61,111 nt of DNA from an uncultured Isosphaeraceae bacterium (GTDB lineage: Bacteria; Planctomycetota; Phycisphaerae; Phycisphaerales; SM1A02), in assembly GCA_964483425.1 (NCBI GenBank), contig CAZABE010000064.1:1-61111 (forward strand). Direction: 5' to 3'. The translations under genes and the position numbers were made by a program. Shown piece by piece: positions 9,216 to 19,034 of the stretch. Numbering within the stretch: the first letter of the stretch is position 1; each line of letters starts with the position of its first letter. Below the pieces are notes generated by a model that was not told where the DNA came from, did no database searches, and saw nothing but the letters and a program-made list of their open reading frames with translations.

Positions 9216-10102
9216 TGTACTTCCCCTTCACCGCTTCCAAGAATAACTACTCTAGAGTGTTCACATGCTCGATTTCTTGGAGTTACTTCCAAAACATTTC
9301 TAAGTGGAGCCTCATCAAGTTGACTAACTTTAGTGACCATTCCGAGAACCAACCCATGACTCGAAAGTGGCCAAGATGGATCATCAAGAACAACAAGATC
9401 ACCTTCTTGCACGCCCCTATTTGCTTGCACGGTAGCAACTAATACTGATTTGCTTGTTGGTTCTATCAAAGTTTCTGCGAGCAATGGTGGTCTCTTATCT
9501 TGCAATGGATGTGCTGGGACAATCGCAGCCCGTATAAACCCTGTGTCTTTATTGCTAGTCGGTAGTAACTCAACTCGGGTCATTCCCAATCTTGAAATTC
9601 TCCCGACAATATCTCTTCCAACAATTGCAACATCCCCTGCCAAAATACGATTAGAAATTCCTCTTGATAATTTTAATTCCACTATTTCAGATATATCGTT
9701 TGGTTTTATCCCAGTTAAATCAAGTGGGACAATAATAGGAGGTAATGGATTTCTAAGAGCAGACTCAGGAAGAGATTGCAGGATTCGTAGTTGGTCAGCA
9801 AGCTCAGTTGCTCTTAGCATCTGTGCGTGATACAACTGCCTATAGTGATCGCGCTCTGCGATTGTTAACTCTTGTCGCTCTTGTTCATCCGTTATCTCAT
9901 CAGACAATTCCAATGCTGGGCGAACCCAGTTTTTTATCGTCATTCCAACGTGAGAAAGAGGTGTAACAGGAATACGAACCAAGTCAGAAAGATCTGAAGT
10001 CCAACCTAACCATGATGCGGGAAACATAGAAAACATGACAGTTATAACGATTGCTAGTGGCAATGCTTTAGCGCGGTTACGAAATGACCCGTAGTTGCTC
10101 AT
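9212..10102 (-). CDS. mreC: rod shape-determining protein MreC
   Basis: N-terminal TM segment, coiled-coil segment and beta-rich C-terminal half; located between mreB and mreD. Confidence 0.7.
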   Translation of the reverse strand: MSNYGSFRNRAKALPLAIVITVMFSMFPASWLGWTSDLSDLVRIPVTPLSHVGMTIKNWVRPALELSDEITDEQERQELTIAERDHYRQLYHAQMLRATELADQLRILQSLPESALRNPLPPIIVPLDLTGIKPNDISEIVELKLSRGISNRILAGDVAIVGRDIVGRISRLGMTRVELLPTSNKDTGFIRAAIVPAHPLQDKRPPLLAETLIEPTSKSVLVATVQANRGVQEGDLVVLDDPSWPLSSHGLVLGMVTKVSQLDEAPLRNVLEVTPRNRACEHSRVVILGSGEGEVQ

Positions 10103-10128
10103 TGATTAAAAGAGCGGCACTATTCTAC

Positions 10129-11175
10129 TTATTCGTCCATATCGGATTCTAGAACTGCCTTCCAGAGTTCAAGGTTTTCGAGATAGATGCTAGTTCCTTG
10201 AGCAACACAAGTAAGCGGGTCTTCTGCGATTGAAACATCTAAGCCAGTTGCTTCAGAAATAACAACATCGATTCCTCTAAGCAATGCACCCCCACCCGCA
10301 ATCCAAATTCCATTTTCAACTAGGTCCGCGGAAAGCTCGGGCTCAGCACGTTCAAGTGTTCGTTTAACTACATCAATGATATGTTCAATGGGCTCAGTCA
10401 TTGCCTCGCGAATTTCTTGGCTTTTTACAATCTTTTTGTCAGGCATACCTGTAACACTATCTCGACCGCGCACATCAACAGTTGTTTCTTTTTCCATTGG
10501 AGAAGCAGATCCAACTTCGATTTTAATTCTTTCCGCTGTTTGTTCACCAATTGTTAGTCCATGATTTTTTTTCATGTAACCGATAATTGCTTCATCGAGA
10601 TCGTCGCCTGCAACACGAATCGACTCGCAAGTAGCAATATCACCTAGCGACATAATGGCAACTTCGGTCGTACCACCACCGATATCTACAATCATTGACG
10701 CAGTTGGTTCAGCAATAGGCAAACCGGCTCCGATTCCTGCTGCCATTGGCTCTTCTACAAGATAAACACGACGCGCCCCAGCTCGTTCAGCAGAGTCAAG
10801 TACTGCGCGTTTCTCTACAGCAGTAATTCCAGATGGAACTGCAATAACTACACGCGGACCAATTACACGACCCTTACCACTTACTTTGCGAATAAAGTAA
10901 CTGAGCATCGCTTCGGTAATTTCAAAATCACTAATCACTCCATCCTTCAATGGTCGGATTGCAGTAATCGAGCCAGGTGTTTTACCAAGCATTTCTTTAG
11001 CACTGAAACCAACAGCGTTACCATTATTAAGAACACGGTTAGTTCCTCGCTTAACGGCAACTACGGACGGTTCATCCAAGACGACACCTTCACCCCTTGC
11101 ACACACAAGTGTATTGCACGTACCAAGGTCAATACCCATATCCACGCTGAACCAACTTAATAACTTGTCAAACAC
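10129..11175 (-). CDS. mreB: actin-like rod shape protein MreB
   Basis: Motifs GIDLGTCNTLV, DIGGGTTEVA and AGGGALLRG. The ORF track starts at TTG 11208. I prefer GTG 11175 because GAGGAG lies 6 nt upstream and it gives the canonical N-terminal length. Confidence 0.9.
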   Translation of the reverse strand: MFDKLLSWFSVDMGIDLGTCNTLVCARGEGVVLDEPSVVAVKRGTNRVLNNGNAVGFSAKEMLGKTPGSITAIRPLKDGVISDFEITEAMLSYFIRKVSGKGRVIGPRVVIAVPSGITAVEKRAVLDSAERAGARRVYLVEEPMAAGIGAGLPIAEPTASMIVDIGGGTTEVAIMSLGDIATCESIRVAGDDLDEAIIGYMKKNHGLTIGEQTAERIKIEVGSASPMEKETTVDVRGRDSVTGMPDKKIVKSQEIREAMTEPIEHIIDVVKRTLERAEPELSADLVENGIWIAGGGALLRGIDVVISEATGLDVSIAEDPLTCVAQGTSIYLENLELWKAVLESDMDE

Positions 11176-11259
11176 AATATGCTCCTCATCGCTCACTGAC
11201 CACAACAAAGGTCATCAATCACGTGGATGATACGGGAAAAATGGACTTGAGGATGTTGG

Positions 11260-11442
11260 CTACTTCAAATCGACTAGAGTTATTGGTCCACCGGGCTTAC
11301 TATCCACCGTGGAATGCTCTGAGTTAACCAAAACCATCCATGCAACTCCAACTGCCATAAGTAATGTTGAGACAACAAGCAGCACTGTAAAGACATCTGG
11401 GGGGGCTGGACGATTGGCGTTTTGGGACTCTAATGGGGACAT
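11260..11442 (-). CDS. 60-aa single-pass membrane protein, hypothetical
   Basis: One hydrophobic helix (VFTVLLVVSTLLMAVGVAWMVLV). Its ATG directly abuts the stop codon (11445-11447) of the upstream coiled-coil gene. Confidence 0.45.
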   Translation of the reverse strand: MSPLESQNANRPAPPDVFTVLLVVSTLLMAVGVAWMVLVNSEHSTVDSKPGGPITLVDLK

Positions 11443-11444
11443 GA

Positions 11445-12332
11445 TTAATTTCGTCCCGCAACGGCTGAAACCATCACACCTGGGACAACCAGACCCCTTG
11501 AAGAGTCCTCAAGGGTAACTCTCCCAATAGAGCGATTGATGTCAACTTTTTCAATTTGGAGACGCCCTAGGAATGTGCCATCCTTGCCAACAGTCATTAT
11601 CCACCCCTTTTTCACACCATCACGTGAACCCGCATTAATTTCTACAAGCACGTCGTTGTCGCTTCTAGAGACATTTAAAACAGTCGATGTCAATGCGCGA
11701 TCAGGAGCAATGCCTGATTCTACGACAGACGCTGCAGTTAAAGCACCATATTTAGAGAAATATGAATCCAATTGTGCTTGTAATTTGTCAAGTTGCTTTT
11801 CAATATTGTGTCGCTCTTCTTCTGCTTTCTTTTTCCCTCTATCAGCTTCCTCAGCAGCGAATTTGGACTCAAGCATCAGATTTTCCATATCCATGACTTG
11901 CTGTTCAGCATTCACCAATTCATTTCGTAATTCGTAATTCTCTGCAACAAATCGTTGTTTCATTTCACTATTTACTTCACTAGCACTTAGAAGTGCTTGA
12001 AGGTTTGCGTTGGATTGAGCGAGTTGTGATTCAAGCCGTCCGACCTGTGCTTGGAGTGATTCAATGGTTACCTTCGTATCCGATTGGTCAGATCGAAGCG
12101 ATTGAATCATCGAATCCTTTGCATCAAGTTCGCTTTGCATTTCTAGGCGTTGTGTTGAGAGCGTATGCTCTGCGTTGTTTGCCCGAGTTGTGGCAACTCG
12201 CCTTTGATCGTCCGCTTCGTGATATTTAGCGCGGTAACTACTCTCATTTGTTGTGTATGTTGCAACTAGTGGAACCATAGCAACTGCAAGCAAGGTAACG
12301 AGAACGATAAAAATTTTGGTCAAAATGTGCAC
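11445..12332 (-). CDS. membrane-anchored coiled-coil protein, hypothetical
   Basis: GTG start. N-terminal TM helix (IFIVLVTLLAVAMVPLV), then about 180 aa of heptad-like Q/E/L/K-rich sequence, then a small beta-rich C-terminal domain. Confidence 0.6.
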   Translation of the reverse strand: MHILTKIFIVLVTLLAVAMVPLVATYTTNESSYRAKYHEADDQRRVATTRANNAEHTLSTQRLEMQSELDAKDSMIQSLRSDQSDTKVTIESLQAQVGRLESQLAQSNANLQALLSASEVNSEMKQRFVAENYELRNELVNAEQQVMDMENLMLESKFAAEEADRGKKKAEEERHNIEKQLDKLQAQLDSYFSKYGALTAASVVESGIAPDRALTSTVLNVSRSDNDVLVEINAGSRDGVKKGWIMTVGKDGTFLGRLQIEKVDINRSIGRVTLEDSSRGLVVPGVMVSAVAGRN

Positions 12333-12453
12333 GAGTAAACCTCTTACTTCTACGACCTATGAACTTGATGTTTGGCAAACGTGCGCCAACAAAGAAATGG
12401 AGTCCAATACAGCCTTATTAGAGGGCTAGTTTTACCCCGAGATGCACGATATG

Positions 12454-13539
12454 TCAATGCGTAATCGCTAAAGAATCCTTGTTATTGATGCGAAGAACGG
12501 CTCCTGCAGCAGAAATCTGCACCGATTGGTCATTATCTTTCAACATAAGAGCCAGAGGACCTAAGGAAAGGCGATTGCCCTGTACTCCAAGAGCAGTGGC
12601 ACACAGTGACCGAATGTTGGCTGAATCATTGGAGGAAAACCCAAGCACGGCTTCAAGCGGCATTCTAGTTGGAGAAATTTCTGCAAGTGCTGTAGCCGCT
12701 ACCAAACGAATTTCATCGGGGTACCTATCGGGTGTAAGAGTAATCCCTTCAAGTGTTGAAATAACTTCAACATCCTTTAGGTTGCCTGCAATTTGGCATG
12801 CAAGAGCAGTAACTTCGGCTTCTTGGATAGAACTAAAGACAGCAGCACGAACTACTTCTAATTCTTCGCGTTCTCCAAGGAGAATTAATGCTTCCGCCAT
12901 TTGTAAATTAATAATTCGCCTTCGAATCGGCGTGATTGTGTTAGGAGTATTTTTGAGCGCTTTTCGAACCATCCCTACCGCAGAAACATTTCCAAGTTGT
13001 CCAAGAACCATCGCAGCGTTACCCCTCACTTCAGGGTTATCACTAAGAAGCATCTGACCAATTGGAGTCAGATTCACTTTACTTCCACATTTATTGAGTG
13101 AAAACATTGCGGCTGCCTGTACTGACTCCGATTCATCAAGAAGAAGTGGTTCAAGTAAAAGTGAAATGTCACAAAGTGATTCTTCCCCAATCATCACCGA
13201 AGCAACAAACCGAACTCCCCTATTCTCGTCACCCAATCCAAACTGAACCGCTTTCTCTAGTACTTGTTGTGGTGCATATCTAAGTGACTCAATTGCGTTC
13301 GCTCTATATCGAGCATTTTTAGAATTTAATGCCTCATGCAAAATTTCTAACGCAGTTGTATTCACTCTTTCGGTATCAACCAGTGTTGCCCCGTTCCCAC
13401 TTGAACCGGCTTCATCCATGGTCTTTACAGATTGATTCTTTGAACTCCAAGGTGTTTCGCTCGCTCGTTGAATTGGGTCTGGACCACATGAGACCAATGC
13501 TACAGATATTACGCTAATTGCTTGTCTTATCATTTTCAT
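12454..13539 (-). CDS. HEAT/armadillo-repeat lipoprotein, hypothetical
   Basis: Starting at ATG 13539 gives MKMIRQAISVISVALVSC with a lipobox-like LVSC. HEAT-like repeats follow (RANAIESL, VRFVASVMIG, PEVRGNAAMVLGQLG). The longer ORF-track start at 13584 would overlap lnt. Confidence 0.6.
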   Translation of the reverse strand: MKMIRQAISVISVALVSCGPDPIQRASETPWSSKNQSVKTMDEAGSSGNGATLVDTERVNTTALEILHEALNSKNARYRANAIESLRYAPQQVLEKAVQFGLGDENRGVRFVASVMIGEESLCDISLLLEPLLLDESESVQAAAMFSLNKCGSKVNLTPIGQMLLSDNPEVRGNAAMVLGQLGNVSAVGMVRKALKNTPNTITPIRRRIINLQMAEALILLGEREELEVVRAAVFSSIQEAEVTALACQIAGNLKDVEVISTLEGITLTPDRYPDEIRLVAATALAEISPTRMPLEAVLGFSSNDSANIRSLCATALGVQGNRLSLGPLALMLKDNDQSVQISAAGAVLRINNKDSLAITH

Positions 13540-15160
13540 TACTCCGTTTTTTCCATGAGCCAATAACAAGAAGAATACCACCAATCAAAGATAACCATGC
13601 AACCCAATCCCCAATAAATCTACTTAGCGGGAGTTTGACGCCTTCAAACACTCTCGCATGCATAATTGCACTTTTCATGAGTGCTGCTTCGCCTTCGTAC
13701 TCGGCAATTTTTCTCACTCTTCCTTTGCTGTCTATTAAACAACTAAGACCAGTATTTGCAGCACGGATCATAGGAGTCATATTTTCAACACATCGCATTC
13801 TTGCTTCCCGTATATGTTGCAATCGTGCGCTATTGTTATTTCCAAACCACCCATCATTGCTAAGGTTTATAAGAAACCCCGCCCTTCTTTCCCCATTTTC
13901 AAAGACCAACCTTCTCACAACAAACGGAACAGTATCTTCAAAACAAATTGGAGTGGCTATATTGATAAATTCGACACTATTTTTTGCAAACCCTTCGCCT
14001 TGCACTGAAAACCTTTTTGGGGTTTCCCCGACCTCTAAATTAAACAACATTGCTGCACCAAAATTATCCCGAAACCAATTTCGTAAAAACGGAACCTTGT
14101 CTACATACGGAATTGTTTCCCCAAACGGCGTAAGAAATATTTTGTCATATCGCTCTGTCTCTCCATTTGGGCGAACGAGGACTGACGAGTTAAACCTAGT
14201 TGAATTCTCAAGATGGAGCACTTGATTGTCTTCAGTGATTTCAATTTCAGTTAGTGTTTGTGACCCAACTAATATAGGTGTTTCTATCTCAGATGCAACT
14301 TCAAGAATCTTCTGTGCCCATATCCAGTGAGGTGTAAATAGTTCTTCCCAAGGTGCATAATCTTCTTGGTGAACCTCGAAGCCGCTTCCGGGAAGCATGG
14401 TCTCTGGCCAAATGATAAGCGATGGATTCACTTTTCCTGTTAAGGTTGATTCTAAAGTCATACGAATCGCTTCAGAAACGTCTTTACGTTGCTCTTCCCA
14501 AGACCAAGCGACTTTGTTGCTTTGAGGAACATTTGTTTGAATAACTGCGACATCCATACGAGGGCCAAGGTGTTTCTCTGAATCGATACCTAAGAATAGA
14601 AAAATTGTGCAAACAATTCCTATACACGACCATGTCCACCATCTAACTTGTTTGTAAATAGCAAGCGAGGATGCTATAACAACAACAAGAAAACTCGCTG
14701 CCCAAACACTACCAACTGATGCAATAGATACAATTGGCCAATCGAGAATTCCTGTTCCCGCTAAATACCATGGATAACCGTCAAAAAGAACTATTCCCCT
14801 TAAACACTCAAGCCCAACCCACAATACTGGCGCTTGAACAACAAGAGTAACACGATTCCAAGTCAGGGTTTTCCTAAGAATTAAAACAAATAGCGGAGCC
14901 CAGATTGACATGTACACTGCAAGTGCAATCCAGCCCGCTACCGATACACCTTCAACCCAACTATGAAGCCAAAGCCAAAGTGGAATCTGAAAAATAAACA
15001 CTATTCGTACTGCAAGGTGAGTTGAAGGTGCGAACAAAACAAGCAATATCAAAAAGTAAGGTGCACCAATTGCACCAATACCCAATCCAAACGGTGCACT
15101 TGACAATAGAGTGCATACTGCCGATGCAATAGCAACTAAGACCACCGCCCATGTTTTCAT
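13514..15160 (-). CDS. lnt: apolipoprotein N-acyltransferase
   Basis: Multi-TM N-terminal half plus a CN-hydrolase domain (IIWPE, ICFEDTVPF, SNDGWF). ATGA overlap with accD. Confidence 0.85.
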   Translation of the reverse strand: MKTWAVVLVAIASAVCTLLSSAPFGLGIGAIGAPYFLILLVLFAPSTHLAVRIVFIFQIPLWLWLHSWVEGVSVAGWIALAVYMSIWAPLFVLILRKTLTWNRVTLVVQAPVLWVGLECLRGIVLFDGYPWYLAGTGILDWPIVSIASVGSVWAASFLVVVIASSLAIYKQVRWWTWSCIGIVCTIFLFLGIDSEKHLGPRMDVAVIQTNVPQSNKVAWSWEEQRKDVSEAIRMTLESTLTGKVNPSLIIWPETMLPGSGFEVHQEDYAPWEELFTPHWIWAQKILEVASEIETPILVGSQTLTEIEITEDNQVLHLENSTRFNSSVLVRPNGETERYDKIFLTPFGETIPYVDKVPFLRNWFRDNFGAAMLFNLEVGETPKRFSVQGEGFAKNSVEFINIATPICFEDTVPFVVRRLVFENGERRAGFLINLSNDGWFGNNNSARLQHIREARMRCVENMTPMIRAANTGLSCLIDSKGRVRKIAEYEGEAALMKSAIMHARVFEGVKLPLSRFIGDWVAWLSLIGGILLVIGSWKKRSNENDKTSN

Positions 15161-16032
15161 TTTTTGCCAGCGTAGTCAATCAGACTAGAAATTTCGCTTC
15201 GCAATTCACTGCGAGGAACAACGCAGTCAACGAATCCACACTCTTGTAAGAACTCAGAACGTTGGAACCCTTCTGGCAAATCCTGTTTGATTGTCTGTTG
15301 GATAACTCGAGGTCCAGCGAAACCGATGAGCGCTTTTGGTTCTGCAAGAATTATGTCTCCGAGCATTGCAAAACTTGCAGTAACACCTCCAGTTGTAGGG
15401 TCTGTTAATACAGATATAAACAACCCACCCATATCGTCAAATCGAGCAAGGGCTGCTGATGTTTTTGCCATTTGCATTAATGACAAACCCGACTCCATCA
15501 TTCTTGCACCACCTGAAGCTGAAACGATTATGAGTGGTAGGTCCTGATCGGCAGCACGCTCAATAGATCTTCGGATTTTCTCACCAACAACACTGCCCAT
15601 TGAACCACCGAGAAATCCGAAGTTCATAACTGCTAGAACAACCTTTCGCCCCTTAATGAAAGCATATCCAGTTTGGATTGCATCATTCTTCTTTGTCTTC
15701 TTTTGCGCTGAAGCAAGCCGTTCTTTGTACGATTTTAAATCAACAAATTCAAGTGGATCTTGCGGGGCTAAGTTCTCGTCAAATGGTTCATACGTTTCCG
15801 GATCCACTAGTTGTTTTATTCTCTGGTCTGCTGAAACTCTAAAGTGTTTCTGGCACTCAGGACAAACTTCAAGATTGTTTTCGACACTGCGTCTAAACAA
15901 GATAGCACTGCAGGTATCACACCGCATCCATAGACCCTCTGGAATTGAGCGTTTACGTGCTGGCGAAGTTGCCTCATCTGACCATTGATGTGTTTGTTCT
16001 TGTTTAGTCATTGCAAAATTTGTATCGGTCAA
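15157..16032 (-). CDS. accD: acetyl-CoA carboxylase carboxyltransferase beta subunit
   Basis: Zinc ribbon CDTC...CPEC, then the carboxyltransferase domain (GGSMGSVVGEK, SGGARMMES). Confidence 0.9.
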   Translation of the reverse strand: MTDTNFAMTKQEQTHQWSDEATSPARKRSIPEGLWMRCDTCSAILFRRSVENNLEVCPECQKHFRVSADQRIKQLVDPETYEPFDENLAPQDPLEFVDLKSYKERLASAQKKTKKNDAIQTGYAFIKGRKVVLAVMNFGFLGGSMGSVVGEKIRRSIERAADQDLPLIIVSASGGARMMESGLSLMQMAKTSAALARFDDMGGLFISVLTDPTTGGVTASFAMLGDIILAEPKALIGFAGPRVIQQTIKQDLPEGFQRSEFLQECGFVDCVVPRSELRSEISSLIDYAGKK

Positions 16033-16715
16033 TAACCTCGAAGTCCAGTAATAGCAGCAGAATAATCATCAGTGCCAAAAATTGCTGAGGCAGCGACGAG
16101 CACGTCGCAACCGGCATCTATACAACTTGAAGAAGTACTTGAGCCAACTCCACCATCCATCTGTAGTCGCTGGTCAGGTCGAAGACGACTAGAAATTAAT
16201 TCTACTTTTGATAAAACCTCTGGTATAAATGCTTGGCCAGAAAAGCCCGGATTGACACTCATCACAAGAATCAAATCAAAACTATCAATTAAAGGTAGTA
16301 TTTTTTCAACATCTGTTGGGGGGTTAATTGCAATGCCAGCTTCCATACCCGCAGAATGAACAGCTGTTGCCACTTCTAGTGGATCATTATCTGCTTCTAC
16401 ATGACAGGTAAAGAGATTGCCACCCGCCTTTGCAAATGATTCAACATACATCAAAGGTCTGTTCACCATTAGATGCACATCTAAGTAAACATTCGGAAGA
16501 TCGTTTCTAAGTGACTGGCAAAGTGCAGGACCCATTGTTAGGTTCGGTACAAAGTGTCCATCCATCACATCAAGATGTAACAAGTCAGCACCACCATCTA
16601 TTACGTGTCTACACTCTTCTCCTAAACGAGAAAAGTCCGCAGACAAAATCGATGGTGCTACAAGAGGAAGCGATGCTGGAGCCGTTAGTAATGACATCTC
16701 AGTTTTAATACTCAT
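16029..16715 (-). CDS. rpe: ribulose-phosphate 3-epimerase
   Basis: Motifs ILSADFSRLGEE, HLDVMDGHFVPNLTMGP and MSVNPGFSGQ. Confidence 0.9.
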   Translation of the reverse strand: MSIKTEMSLLTAPASLPLVAPSILSADFSRLGEECRHVIDGGADLLHLDVMDGHFVPNLTMGPALCQSLRNDLPNVYLDVHLMVNRPLMYVESFAKAGGNLFTCHVEADNDPLEVATAVHSAGMEAGIAINPPTDVEKILPLIDSFDLILVMSVNPGFSGQAFIPEVLSKVELISSRLRPDQRLQMDGGVGSSTSSSCIDAGCDVLVAASAIFGTDDYSAAITGLRGY

Positions 16716-16721
16716 AAAGTT

Positions 16722-17786
16722 TTATTCACTAACAGATGCTTGCGCTTTCTGAGTTCGGTAACGATCGAGCGTTATCTTGTATTGTTCCTTCTTTTTACTC
16801 CTAGCAGATTGATACGCTCTTCGTTGCCACTGAATCGCATTATCTAAGTCCCCTTTCGCAAAGTGGACTATCGCAATAGTTGAAAGAAGAGATGGATCAT
16901 TTTTTCGTTCTGCAAAAGATAGAGCTGATGTTGCAGCATTCATAGCAACGTCCATTCTTCTGTCACTCTCTGGTATATCTGGATCAGTTGCAATTTTCTT
17001 TGCAAGCCAACTCAGTAATTCTGGATCTTCTGAGCCGCGTTCAGTTATTATTTCTTGAGCTAGCTTATAAGCATCTAAAGAATTTTTCTTATCAACCAAA
17101 TACATTTCAAACAATTCAAGATAAACATCTGCAAAGACAATTTGGTCAATAGCAATTGCATTTTTGTACGCTCGTTCTGCATCAGACCAACTATTTAATG
17201 CTCTTTTTTCTTTAGCAACCCTAAGTGAATCCTTTGCCTGTAGCTGTTTCTTTTGGTCATACCTGCCTGTCATGACTTTCTTGAGAATATTCTCAAACCG
17301 ATCATCCATAGGATGCCCTATGAATTGAATTATTCCCTTGTGGTCAACAATGAATGCAGCAGGAATTCCTTCTTGACCTGATGCCCTCATCCAAGCACGT
17401 TCCGTTCTGCTTTTTTCATCTATTCCAACGATATAGTTCATCTTTCGGCCCTGCTTTTGCACGAAAGGTTCCACTTCATCCGTTTCCTTATCGATTGATA
17501 TGCCAACAACTTGCAGACCATCAAGTTCGTATTCTTTCTGTAGATAAGTAAGGTGAGGTATAGATTTCTTGCAGGGTCCACACCATGTTGCCCAAAACTC
17601 TACTATGTATGGGGTTTCTGAAGATTCGTCGAATTGTCCCTTTACCCATGTAACGCTCAGTGAAGGGGCTTCAGAGCCAACTTGTAAATCCTTATTGCTA
17701 CCACCAGACGTCATTTGGCCATTTGTTGTTGCTGGAATTATGAGTGCTAGTAGAACAAAAGTTGAAATAATTGAACGAATTCGCAT
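16722..17786 (-). CDS. secreted thioredoxin-fold (TlpA/ResA-like) protein with a TPR-like C-terminal domain
   Basis: Signal peptide, WATWCGPCKK active site, helical repeat C-terminus. Confidence 0.7.
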   Translation of the reverse strand: MRIRSIISTFVLLALIIPATTNGQMTSGGSNKDLQVGSEAPSLSVTWVKGQFDESSETPYIVEFWATWCGPCKKSIPHLTYLQKEYELDGLQVVGISIDKETDEVEPFVQKQGRKMNYIVGIDEKSRTERAWMRASGQEGIPAAFIVDHKGIIQFIGHPMDDRFENILKKVMTGRYDQKKQLQAKDSLRVAKEKRALNSWSDAERAYKNAIAIDQIVFADVYLELFEMYLVDKKNSLDAYKLAQEIITERGSEDPELLSWLAKKIATDPDIPESDRRMDVAMNAATSALSFAERKNDPSLLSTIAIVHFAKGDLDNAIQWQRRAYQSARSKKKEQYKITLDRYRTQKAQASVSE

Positions 17787-17842
17787 TGTGGTAATCTCCT
17801 AAATATCCGCTGACCCATACATTTTGGGCTGCGCTATGACAA

Positions 17843-19006
17843 TCATACGGCATCATCAAGCATAGCAACACTCTCAAACGCATTTCCTTCAAGCATTTGT
17901 AAACTAGCACCTCCTCCTGTGGATATATGGGTCATTTTGTCCTCTAAATCGAAAGCGGAAATCGCTGCTGCAGAGTCACCACCACCAATAATTGATGTCG
18001 CGCCATCCTCACTTGCTATGGCGATTGCCTCTGCTATTTGCTTAGTTCCTACATCAAAAGGCATGGTCTCAAAGACACCCATTGGTCCATTCCAAATGAT
18101 TGTTTTAGCATGGCGCAGAATTTGGGAATAATTTGCTGTGGTGCTTGGTCCAATATCGAGCCCCATCCACCCATCTTGAATTTGTTGAGTCGCAATTTCA
18201 ACCGACGTACCAGAGACAATGTTCTTAGCACAAACGTGATCAACTGGTAAAACCAATTCGGTTTCGCTTTCTTTTGCTGCACCAATCATCGACGCTGCGT
18301 CATCAACTCTATCCCGTTCAATCAAACTGTTTCCAACCTCTTGACCAAGTGCAACTAAAAACGTATACGCCATTGCACCACCAATAAGAATGGTGTCAAC
18401 TTTTCCAAGTAAATTGTTGATTGCTCCCATTTTGTCGGAGACCTTAACTCCACCAAGAACAGCCACAAATGGACTTTCAGCATTTGCAATCGCATGATCT
18501 AAATACCGCAATTCTTTAGCAAGCAGCAATCCAACGACTCTTGGTTTTCCTTCCATTGCTCTTGGTACCCCAACCATCGACGCATGGCTTCTGTGTGCAG
18601 TACCAAAGGCATCATTGCAATAAATATCGCCCTTTGCTGCAAGGGTTAAAGAGAATGATTCATCTCCTGATTTTTCCCCTTTGTTAAATCGCAAATTTTC
18701 GATAAGTACTACATCCGAAGTGTCATCTTCATCTGAACAGACAACATCACGATTAATTAATTCTCCAAGCCGCTTCGCGATAGGAACAAGAGAGTATTCT
18801 TTTTCAAACCCAACACCAGATGGTCTCCCAAGATGGCTCATCAAAGTAAGTTTTCCACCTCTATCAAGAACACTTTTTACACTAGGTAGTGCCATTTGAA
18901 TACGACGGTCATCAGTAATGATTCCATTCTTCATTGGAACATTAAAGTCCACTCGCATGAGTACTCGCTTCCCTGCAACATCAATTTGCTCGATGGTCTG
19001 TTTCAT
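17843..19006 (-). CDS. pgk: phosphoglycerate kinase
   Basis: Motifs RVDFNVP, NDAFGTAHR, GGGDS and STGGGASL. Start moved to ATG 19006 (MKQTIEQ) because the ORF-track start at 19105 would overlap miaA. Confidence 0.9.
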   Translation of the reverse strand: MKQTIEQIDVAGKRVLMRVDFNVPMKNGIITDDRRIQMALPSVKSVLDRGGKLTLMSHLGRPSGVGFEKEYSLVPIAKRLGELINRDVVCSDEDDTSDVVLIENLRFNKGEKSGDESFSLTLAAKGDIYCNDAFGTAHRSHASMVGVPRAMEGKPRVVGLLLAKELRYLDHAIANAESPFVAVLGGVKVSDKMGAINNLLGKVDTILIGGAMAYTFLVALGQEVGNSLIERDRVDDAASMIGAAKESETELVLPVDHVCAKNIVSGTSVEIATQQIQDGWMGLDIGPSTTANYSQILRHAKTIIWNGPMGVFETMPFDVGTKQIAEAIAIASEDGATSIIGGGDSAAAISAFDLEDKMTHISTGGGASLQMLEGNAFESVAMLDDAV

Positions 19007-19034
19007 GTTGTCTATCTTATAAGATGTATACATA

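Noticed and set aside
13518-14225. Long antisense ORFs: 235 aa opposite lnt, 192 aa at 12479-13057, 204 aa at 54393-55007 and 165 aa at 19566-20063
   Set aside because: Each lies fully inside a well-supported gene on the other strand. Each has Ser/Leu/Arg-rich low-complexity composition with no recognisable motif and no start-site signal. They are typical shadow ORFs.
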